From NCBI GenBank assembly GCA_973895155.1, contig OZ316894.1, positions 24,240,709-24,304,708 on the forward strand: a stretch of 64,000 nucleotides of DNA. Reading direction: 5' to 3'. The notes below the pieces were generated by a model. It ran no database searches. It had not been told where the DNA came from and saw nothing but the letters and a program-made list of their open reading frames with translations. Within the stretch, counting starts at the first letter, position 1; each line of letters begins with the position of its first letter. Of this stretch, positions 39,779 to 50,008 are shown piece after piece. The position numbers were made by a program, and so were the translations under genes. The DNA is from Marsupella aquatica (taxonomy: Eukaryota; Plantae; Marchantiophyta).

Positions 39779-41194
39779 GTTGCACACTATATCATAAGAG
39801 GCATGTGTGCTTGGAGAGGTAGAACCAAGGCTCATTGTTATGGAGCCACTTGAGAGATAGGGAGAGCTTACACTGTGGAGACTCGGTATAGCCGACGGGC
39901 TTAGAGTTCAATAAAGTTCTCTTGTGTGTTCCCGTGGACGTAGCCTCAAGGAGGTGAACCACGTATCTCTTGTGTCGACTATTGTGCGTTGGATGGTTCA
40001 TGGGCTTGCCGTTGCGATCGTCGTCTATGCTCAACAATTGGTATCAGAGCATGCTTGGGAGGTGACGTGTGTTCGTGACGGGATTTCATGACGGTTTTTC
40101 CAGCGTTGAGTGTTGGTGGATTTTCCAGAGTTCCATCGCATGGAACTTGGAGTTTATGGGCTCAACGGATAGATCAGGGCAAGAGCTTTCTAACGGTGTG
40201 AAGAAATCGTTGAACGGAGCTCGTGGTGCAGAGAGATCTAAGTTTTCGTCGTTCTGGATTTTGTGAAGAAAGTTGGCAATCGACTCGGAGGGAGAAGCGT
40301 CAAGTGTTTTGACTCAACGGAGAGATTGAGGCAAGACGATTGTTTTTGAGTCCGGGATTGGCTCTTTGATGCAAAGAGGAAGGCTAAGCAAAATCAATTA
40401 CCTTGTTGGACTTGGTGACGGCACCAAGTGCAATTGATCAACATTCGTTGTTGACAAGGTACCATTTTTTTCTCTTTGAAAAACTGATTCGAAATTGGCT
40501 ATGGCAATTGAGAGAAATCTGTCATCTTTACCAATTTTTTTCTCCCTCGTTCTTTCCTCGTTTTGGGTGCTTCTTATATCGATCTTCATTGCCTCGGAGT
40601 CTAGTTTCCAAATCTGAAATCGGATCTTGATTTCGTCAAAACCCGAGTGAGATATCTTGCGTTTGGTGTCGAGGGGTACATTCTGCCGTGTGTATTTTCT
40701 GCGCGCGCGACCAGATTTCGACGACGAAGGGTGGTAGGGGGTTTTGGGGGTTCGAGGACACATGTCAGCCCCTCAATTGTTCTTCCAAAATTCCCACAGG
40801 GCCTGTACAAGGGTCATAGAATATTCCAAAAAACCAGAGAGCTATTTTTTTACCGTCCGACAAAGATTTCATCCGCCGAACGGTAACTTTTTTGGTTATT
40901 TTTCGGCGAGGTCATAGCCATTGAAGTTGGCAATGCAGCGCACCAATCACATCGCAATTCCGACAACGGGTTGTACTTGGTATTTCGGTTATTCCCTGAG
41001 GTGGTCAAAACGGGGGAGTTTCCCAAGGTTTTACCCACCTCGACCGAAATTTGAATAACTTTTCCGTCAAATTTCGATTTTGATTTCGGTTTTCAGTATT
41101 GGACTCCTAGCTTTGTAGGCTACGCGGCGGTGTTGAGTTTTGAGTTTTTTGAGAAGTTGTGAAAAACAACATTTTTTGTGACTTTCTCATATGA

Positions 41195-42226
41195 GTGATT
41201 CGGATGAGTTTTTTCGAAGACGTGGAACTTGAAGCACGAGGATCACCGCGGAGGTTTCAGGGGCAGAGAGAGGAGCAGGAGGAAGAGCACGTGACACCGA
41301 TACCATCACCGGTGCGGCGTGTGGTGGAGGAAGCAGTACTACTACCGGAGCTCACGGTAAAGAAGAAGATGGGGACTTTCAAGCTTGGGGGACCCAAGTA
41401 TGAAGTGACAAAGTATGATGGGCGCTCTGACTACTTGCTATGGGAGAAGCAAGTGAAGGGAGTGCTTTATGCGTCAGGGATGGGCCAACTGCTGAGCCCT
41501 CGTGAAGACGATGTTGATGAGAAACAATGGGACCGCATGCAGGAGCAGGGAGTGTGGTGTGTTACACTCTATCTCATGCCTCCCATCATCAAGCAGTTAG
41601 GTGCACATAAGGATTGCATGTCCTTGTTTGCGGAATTGCAGAGCAAGTATCACCGCAAGGAGTTGTCAAACCGGCTCTACACTTCCTACAAACTGATGAG
41701 TTTCAGGATGAAGGAATCTGGTACGAAGTTGCAAGACCATGTGGATGCTTTCAACGACATGGTCGTTGACTTGGAAAACCTTGGGGAGACTTTGAATGAT
41801 GAGACGAAGGCTCTGCAGCTTCTTAGTTCATTGCCTCCATCTTACCAGTCCCTATCACGAGTGTTGTTGCATCGTGATAGGGATACCATTTCATACAATG
41901 ACGTGGTAAGTTCTCTGCTTAGTGATGATCTTCAGCAGAAGATGCACATCACGTCACAGCCTTCATCATCTGGTGCTGCCCTCAATGTTAACCGTGGGAG
42001 GAGTATGCAGCGACCAACTGGGGACCGTAGAACCCAGTTTAGATCTAAATCCAGATCTAAGTCCAAGGGTAAATCCCCTCAGAGGAGGCAGGTGACATGT
42101 TGGAAGTGCAACCAAGTTGGACACTTCAAGCGAGACTGTAAGGGAAAGGCAGCGGAAACTTCATCGGCAAATGTGGCTAGGGCTGATGGAGAAGCTGATT
42201 TACTCAATGATGAGTATGTTTTATGA
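41195..42226 (+). CDS. gag: Copia-2 Gag with CCHC zinc knuckle
   Basis: KYDGRSDYLLW, LLSSLPPSY and CWKCNQVGHFKRDC; ends in TGA at 42224-42226. Confidence 0.93.
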   Translation: MIRMSFFEDVELEARGSPRRFQGQREEQEEEHVTPIPSPVRRVVEEAVLLPELTVKKKMGTFKLGGPKYEVTKYDGRSDYLLWEKQVKGVLYASGMGQLLSPREDDVDEKQWDRMQEQGVWCVTLYLMPPIIKQLGAHKDCMSLFAELQSKYHRKELSNRLYTSYKLMSFRMKESGTKLQDHVDAFNDMVVDLENLGETLNDETKALQLLSSLPPSYQSLSRVLLHRDRDTISYNDVVSSLLSDDLQQKMHITSQPSSSGAALNVNRGRSMQRPTGDRRTQFRSKSRSKSKGKSPQRRQVTCWKCNQVGHFKRDCKGKAAETSSANVARADGEADLLNDEYVL

Positions 42227-45200
42227 AGCCGGGGGTATGCCCTGTGCACGTCATCTAGGAGAGCAGATGATGTGTGGATTCTTGATTGTGCTTGCTCTTT
42301 TCATATTTGTTACATTCGTGAGTTTTTCAGTTCTTACTCTGTTTCAAACGGTTCAGTTCTGATGGGAAATGATCACTCCTGTCAAATTGAGGGAATTGGG
42401 TCTGTGAAGATTCAAATGTTTGATGGCGCTGTGCGCATAGTGTCCGGAGTCAGGTATGTACCTGGCATGCGTAAGAATCTGATTTCACTCGGTGTGTTGG
42501 ATTCAAATGGTCATCAATGGAGCGTTATTGATGGTGAACTTCAAGTCAGGTCGGGAGAGACAGTGATTTTGAAGGGGAGTAGACAAAAGAATTTGTATGT
42601 GTTACAGGGCAATACTGTATGTGGAGAGGCCAATGTAACCAAGTCTCACGAGGAGATGACTCAACTGTGGCATTCACGGCTAGGCCACATGAGTGAGAAG
42701 GGTTTGGCTATCTTACGGAAGAATGGACTCATTTCTGATTTGCAATCTTGTAAATTAGAGTTTTGTGAGCATTGCATTCTTGGAAAGCAGCATCGTCGTG
42801 CTTTTGGTGTTGGAACTCATCGTTCCAAAGCGGTTCTTGAGTACATACATAGTGACGTGTGGGGTCCATCCCCGACTCCCTCACACTCTGGAAAGTTGTA
42901 CTATGTATCATTTATTGATGATTACTCAAGATTTGTGTGGATTTATTTCATGACGCATAAGTCTGATGTCTTGTCCATTTTTAAGAAGTGGAAGGCCCAG
43001 GTGGAGAATCAGACTGGAAACACGATCAAGTGTTTGGATACAAGGGTGAAGAGTCTGAGGTCAGACAACGGCGGGGAGTACACTTCAATGGAATTTGAAG
43101 AGTACTGTTCAGAACAGGGGATAACTCGCCATCTCACCACAGTTTATACTCCGCAGCAGAATGGTGTCGCTGAGAGGCTCAATCGGACACTGTTGGAGCG
43201 GTCACGGAGTATGTTGAGCCAATCAGGTTTACCACAAGAATTTTGGGCAGAAGCTGTCAATACCGCAGCTTATTTGGTAAATCTTTCTCCTTCTAGTGCT
43301 ATCAATTTCAAAACGCCGTTTGAGATGCGCTATAAGCGGCAAGCAGACTATCATGGCTTGGTAATTTTTGGAAGTGATGCATATGCTCTCACACCAAAGC
43401 AGAATAGGACCAAGTTGGATCCTACCTCCAGGAAATGTGTTTTTCTTGGGTACCAGAGTGGTGTGAAAGCCTATAGGCTATGGGATCCTATTGCCTGTAA
43501 GCTCGTTGTCAGTAGGGATGTTTCCTTCAATGAATCCAGATTATTGAAGGAGGGGGAGAATACTCAGGTCTCCCGTACTGACAAAGGAAAATCTCCTATC
43601 CCGGATCTCGTTGAGGGGGAGATTGGTTATGAGATGCATGACCGGAGAGAAGGAGTTGCTCCAATTATGGAGCTGGTTCCTATGCCAGAGGAACCAGAGG
43701 AGTTTGTTGATGCTGGTGAGCAACAAGTGGATGCTGTTGAGCTTCAAATTGTACCAGCACACGCAGATCAACCGGAGTCATCGACTAGAAGAACATCTGG
43801 TCGCACTGTACACGCTCCATCAAGGTATGGACAGTGGGTTGATTCATCTCAACTGCAAGAGGATGATTTTACAGCTGATGATGAGGGTGATGCGTTAATT
43901 TTGGAAGAAGGAGAACCTTCTTCATTTCATGAGGCAAGTGCTTCAAAAGAGAAGCAGAAGTGGACTGCAGCAATGCAAACGGAGATGCAGTCACTAAAGG
44001 ACAACAAAACTTGGGAGCTTGTTAAGCTGCCTAAGGGTCAGCAAGTGGTGGACAACAAGTGGATTTACAAGCTGAAGGATAATTCCATAGGAGGTGGATC
44101 GAAGGTCTACAAGGCTAGATTGGTAGCAAAGGGATTCACACAAGAGAAAGGTGTGGATTATAATGAGGTCTTCTCACCAGTTGCTAAGTACTCTACAATA
44201 CGACTATTGTGTGTACTTGTTGTAATGTTTGGTCTGCTCCTAGATCAGATGGATGTTGTCACAGCTTTCCTCTATGGCACATTGGAAGAGGTGATCTTCA
44301 TGAGACAACCGCTAGGTTTTGTGAAGAGAGGACAGGAGGAATTGGTTTGCAGATTGCTGAAATCCTTGTATGGGTTGAAGCAGTTACCAAGACAGTGGAA
44401 CAAGCGGTTTGACGATTGGATTCGGTCACAAGGTTTTCACAGAAGTGTATTTGACCCTTGTGTGTATTTGAAACCGGTGAAGAATGTTGTCTTTGGGTTC
44501 ATTGTTTTAGTACTTTATGTGGATGACATGCTAATTGCAGCCAAGGATAGGTCTGAGATTGTTAAGCTCAAGGCACTGCTTAGTGCAGAGTTTAAGATGA
44601 AGGACTTAGGGCCAGCTAAGAGGATTTTGGGTATGGAGATCACTAGGGACTTGGAGGCTGGCAAGCTATGGTTGACGCAGAGCAGTTATGCGAGGAAGGT
44701 AATTGCAAGGTTCAACATGGAGAATAGCAAGCCAGTAAGTACCCGTTGGCTCCACACTTCAAGTTATCATCAGCGTTCTGTCCTACGGATGACACAGAGA
44801 AGGGGTTGATGTCAAAGGTTCCATATGACAAGGCAGTGGGGAGTCTCATGTATTTGATGACTTGCACTAGACCTGATCTTGCCATGGCTATGGGCAAGGT
44901 GAGCAGGTACATGTCGAATCCAGGGAAGGTACACTGGGAAGCAGTGAAGTGGATTATCAGGTACTTGAAGGGTACCGTGGATCATGGTCTTTTATTTGAT
45001 GCGAATGCAAAGAATGCTAGATCATTGATTGGCTATGTAGATTCTGACTATGGACAAGATTTGGACCGAAGGAGATCAACAACAGGATACGTGTTCACAC
45101 TTGGCGGTGGATGCATAAGTTGGAGGTCTACTTTGCAGAAGTGTATTGCTCAGTCTACTACAGAAGCGGAGTATGTTGCAGCTGCGGAAGCAGCAAAGGA

Positions 45201-45498
45201 AGCGATTTGGTTGGATAGACTTATCACTGAAATGGGATTGCCACAGGGGAATGTGAAGCTCCATTGTGATAGTCAAAGTGCGCTCCACCTTGCTGTGAAC
45301 CAGGTGATGGACAGTAGAGTGAAGCACATTGACGTCAGGTACCATTTTATCAGGCAGGCTGTGTCTGATAATTTGTTTGAGCTAGTCAAGATTGATGGTA
45401 AACTCAACCCGGCTGACGCATTTACCAAAGTGATTCCTTTGGAGAGTTTCTCTAGACACCGTGACGTATTGCAGGTTTTGCAATTGCATCACAAGTAG
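42227..45498 (+). CDS. pol: Copia-2 Pol (PR-IN-RT-RNaseH), in frame with gag; one 1-nt frameshift near 44743
   Basis: WILDCACSFH, LWHSRLGH...CEHC, HSDVWGP, LRSDNGGEY, YKARLVAKGF, YVDDML, GYVDSDY and KHIDVRYHFIR. Confidence 0.93.
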
Positions 45499-47344
45499 AG
45501 TTTTCTTAAACATTCATTGTAATTACTGATATATGCTCTTCCTCATTCCTATGTATTAGGCTACGGCTTAGTTCTGGTTTGCTCTAGTTAGAGAGGGAAA
45601 CCGGTTTGGTTTCTGTCCAGAACTTCCCGCTGAGGGATCATATACATTGGCAGTATTACTCTCCCCTAGACCAGAGTCAAGGGGAAGATTGTTGGGTATT
45701 TACTCTTACGTCTAGGTTAGGTATGACGTGGTTGGTACAACAACGTGGGTTGGTACAACTACGTGGTTAGGTACAACTATGTGATTAGGTACAACTATGT
45801 GGTTAGGTACAACTACGTGATTAGGTACAACTATGTGGTTAGGTACAACTACGTGATTAGGTACAACTATGTGGTTAGGTACAACTATGTGGTTAGGTAC
45901 AACTAAGTTGCACACTATATCATAAGAGGCATGTGTGCTTGGAGAGGTAGAACCAAGGCTCATTGTTATGGAGCCACTTGAGAGATAGGGAGAGCTTACA
46001 CTGTGGAGACTCGGTATAGCCGACGGGCTTAGAGTTCAATAAAGTTCTCTTGTGTGTTCCCGTGGACGTAGCCTCAAGGAGGTGAACCACGTATCTCTTG
46101 TGTCGACTATTGTGCGTTGGATGGTTCATGGGCTTGCCGTTGCGATCGTCGTCTATGCTCAACAACCCCCCTGAGTTCTTGGTGTGACAAACATCTAAGC
46201 TAACCATGGTCTATAACTTAGTTGTTGAATAACTTCAAACTTACATAACCAAGTAAACCAAGGGGTTCTTGAACTAATTTCCTTGTAGAACTTTTGAGGC
46301 ACTCGTCAGTTTGGACATGTGTCTCACAATATTTAGAAAAGAAATCACTAACTACTGAGATTTAATTGGTGACCCGCTTGGGGGACGCCCAATTCCTTTT
46401 TATTTTTGAGGGTTGGGAGGGTGACCCGGAGGGTGCGATGATGATTTGACAATATAAATTAGTACAAGGACGTCCCCTTGATTAACAATTATGTAAGTTT
46501 GATTTTATTCAAAAAAGGTAGAGCACATGAGAGTTGTATATTGGAATATGATTGAATATGAACATTCAATGAGAGGAAAAAATGAAGAAATTATCCATGT
46601 TAGTAGTCAATGCACAAGGTTCCCTTAGTACTCCTATGTTCATATAGTCCTTGTCATTCATTCATAGAGTCCATACAAAGTGTTATAGTCTAAGCATAAG
46701 GGTTTCTTGCGTTCCTTAAATTGTATTATTTTATCCATAGTAGCCAAACGGTTTCTATATAGGGTCCCTCCAGCAGGGTTGTAACACCTATTCATCACCT
46801 ACGCGAATTTCACCCGAACACATTTCTAAGACCTTACGGAAAACTATAATTATTCTAATCATTATGCTCTGCTTTTATGTGGAGACTTTCCAAAATCATG
46901 GAAGGAAGGGACACATGGGAGGTATAATAGTGGGACAGCAGACCTCATCGAATATTGCAGGAAAGTTTTTACTCTTTTAAAATCTAAAAATATATTTTAA
47001 GATATGCGCATGCATCGCATGTTGCCCTCCCCATTTCTCGTTTGTTCTTTGCCTCCCCTTTGATCCCCTCTCTTTTTGGCAGTACAAATAACTTATTCGC
47101 TCTTTCATTGGCATTCAATATATATTTCAATTTCTCTTCGGCAGGGAAACCAGTTTGACTCCCTCATCCTCGGTCAGCCCTGAAAACAATTTAATGTGAG
47201 GGGTCTACTGTCATAGATGGGGCCTACGATGAAAATAAAGAGAAATAATGACCATTACTACAGTGGCTCTTGAGAACACATCCACAGGCTAGGTTAAAAG
47301 AGGCATGTTAACCCACGGCACACCCACCCTAGATCTGCCACATG

Positions 47345-47410
47345 AAAGCCAGGGGAATTGAACCTCAGACCTCTCAGCCCAATCCAATACTCTCCAGGCC
47401 ACCTGAGGTA
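47345..47410 (-). mobile_element. tRNA-derived SINE-like head
   Basis: Minus strand reads TACCTCAGGTGG (A-box-like) followed by GAGGTCTGAGGTTCAATTCCC (B-box). Confidence 0.45.
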
Positions 47411-47671
47411 TTTCACATTTTATTTATAGAGTGTCAACTAAGTAGTTTCTTCAATTACAACAAAAAACCAAATAAACTCAATTTTACTCAAGAATATTTA
47501 ATTTATCTAATGGACTGCAAAACCCCAAAGAAATGACCCATGAACCAATGGAACAATTCACACATGGAAAACTAGGGGGAAAATCTTGATTTTTATTGAG
47601 TATTGCTTACACGATGTTATATCGAGGTGATATCATGTTGATAGGCCGCACAACAACTTACATCAACCCTG

Positions 47672-47897
47672 CGATGTGCACTAAGATGTTCGCAACAAAT
47701 TGAATTAATCTGAAGGCCGAGTACCTGCGCACAACTCGCACTAGCTTTGCTCACAACTCAGCTTCACAATCTTCATGCACTAAGATGTTCACAACACATT
47801 GAAATTAATCTGAAGGCCGAGTACCTGCGCACAACTCGTACTAGCCTGCGCACAACTCGTACTAGCTTCGCTCACACTTCAGCTTCACAATCCTCAC
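47672..47897. repeat. About 100-bp tandem duplication with an internal sub-repeat
   Basis: TGCACTAAGATGTTC...TTAATCTGAAGGCCGAGTACCTGCGCACAACTCG.ACTAGC occurs twice. Confidence 0.85.
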
Positions 47898-50008
47898 AAG
47901 GATTTTTTTGAAGCTGCTATAATTGGTGAATGCAACTTCCAGTATTTTGTCTTATTCAAATTTCTTTTGTTATGCATTTTTATTTCAATGTGTCTTACCA
48001 AGGTGCATCCCTTGTATAGTTTAGATTTCCAATTTATTCTGGCACCCCTCTAATTTTTAAAAATCTTTTTGCTATATTTTAAGATCATCCACGTACCCTG
48101 TAACAAAGCTCGTTGAATGTCTAGCCCTGATTATCATGAGTACAGAAGAAATGATCTAAATAATGTGCACACCTTATGTCTTTAAGTACTACTCATGGTT
48201 TTGTGTCTTTAAATATGACTCATGGTTTTGTGTCCTAAATTTATGGTTTTAATTATTTTGAGTGTCATTACCTAAAGTAAGTACATAGATATCTCTACTC
48301 ATGTATATTATGTGCACATCCAAATATCATAAACTTAAATTTTTTTGTTCATTATTTTTTTATTTTTACATGTATATTTTTATTTTTGTACCTTATATGC
48401 ACAAGTTTCAATATCATAGACGGTAAGTTTTTCTAGTCAATGTGCTGTTTATATTTTAATTAGAACACCTTTATATCACTAAAAAATGAAGAATGTTAAG
48501 GGATGAGCATGCTATATCTATACACTAAAAAAATGAAGAATGTTCCGGTATGAGCATGCTAGATCCTCACAAGGATATCTTTGCAAGCGTATTAGACTAC
48601 TCGGACGATCAAGCACCACCTCTGGCCGCTCATTCCCTTTTCAGTGTGATCATCGTTTGACTCGAAGTCCGCCGCAGCGCTCCCTTTATCGTCTTCAGGA
48701 GTATTCTTAATCATGCATGTTACGCATGGAAATTTGGAATGACCGAGGTGGCAGGCTGTATGACAGGAAATCGGTGTGTTGAATCACAGCCAGACAACAA
48801 GCGCCAAATTAAACCTTACTTAGTTTCAACTTATCTAATCAATGAAAACGCAACAACGATTCAAGTCATCAATCCAGCTAGTCTGATCGATCGAGTGTTG
48901 GGCACGACAGGGTTGAGTTTCCCCTTTAGCATATTAGTAGTGAGGAGAGAAGAAGTCGAAGCTGTAGCTTCGACTATCATGGGTCCAATTTAATTTAGGG
49001 TCTCCCGCTATGTGAGAAATTAACACCCCGGCGATGGCAGTTCGAAGAACTCCTTCGGTGGTTTGCATAATGCATTGTGAATGCTCGCTTAACAGGCAAA
49101 AGCAGTTTCTAACAGTTTCCAGATGCCTCCGTATTTTGCAGTTTATTGACAAAACGCAAAGGTTGATCTGTACCTTGTCCTGCAGGTCGAGCATACAGGC
49201 TCTAGATATTTTGAACGTAATGCATGTCATAAAGCTACGCGCTGGTTCCCAAAAACCTTTAGATGAGTTTAGGTCCAGCTGAACAATTTGATCGGAGGGA
49301 ACATACGAAGTTAATAACAGTCAATCACACTTCTCCCGGAAAAACTACGATCAACAGTCGCGAAGGCGCTTATAGTTTCTGAACTCAGATTCAAAATGAT
49401 TAACCCGATCTAGACTTCAGTCAAAATCCTGGCCTACATCCCGGCGTACATGTACATCTTGTAAGATCTTCTGAACATTCAATTGTGTCACATCTAATGA
49501 ATGAGATCCATGTCATTCACTCTATCGCCCATATTTTCCTTGCATCCAGTTCGACGAAAAACATAAAGACACTCCTATGGCCATCAATCGGGTTGCCCTG
49601 CCTTGCCGTTTTATTGACATCGAAGAAAAATTTCGAGAAAAAGCTATCTGATTATGAAGACCGGTGGGTCAACCTGCGAGGTCGAAAAACGACTTATTAA
49701 TTTTACTTACAAAGCTTGAAGGGAAGCTAGGGTAGGGGTCTAGACTTCTAGCGTGAAACCATTAGACCTTGACTCTAGGGCCCACCAAAATTTATGCACA
49801 TGGAAAGAAATGTGGAGAGAATGATGTTTGTTAAATGATGACATGTATGATGCTTTTTGTGATCATTCATTAATATTCAAGAATGGCATTGAGGCTCGTT
49901 ATGACTAAGACTCATGTATCTTGAAGTTCACAGCTCAAAATTTATAAGATAATTTCAAATACAGAAATGCTGTAGTAACAACTTTCGAAGTCCCACATTC
50001 TCCGTCCG

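Larger units (their letters stand above)
39562..46164 (+). mobile_element. Ty1/copia LTR retrotransposon 2, very recent and near-intact
   Basis: 475-bp LTRs 39562-40036 and 45690-46164, identical by eye. Perfect TSD ACCCC. PBS TGGTATCAGAGC 40039-40050. PPT AAGGGGAAGA. Confidence 0.98.
39240..46175 (-). mobile_element. Diverged MITE-A copy (39240-39561 plus 46170-46175) split by copia-2 inside its TIR
   Basis: The reverse complement aligns with MITE-A (TCACTTCCA...GGCAYATCACGTGCGACGAAG.ATAGG). The reconstructed TIR is AGTGACCCCCCTGAG. 8-bp TSD TTCCTCGT/TTCTTGGT. Confidence 0.85.

Noticed and set aside
39584-39835. ORF with VVPNH repeats (also 45712-45963)
   Set aside because: It is the antisense translation of the 18-bp LTR tandem array.
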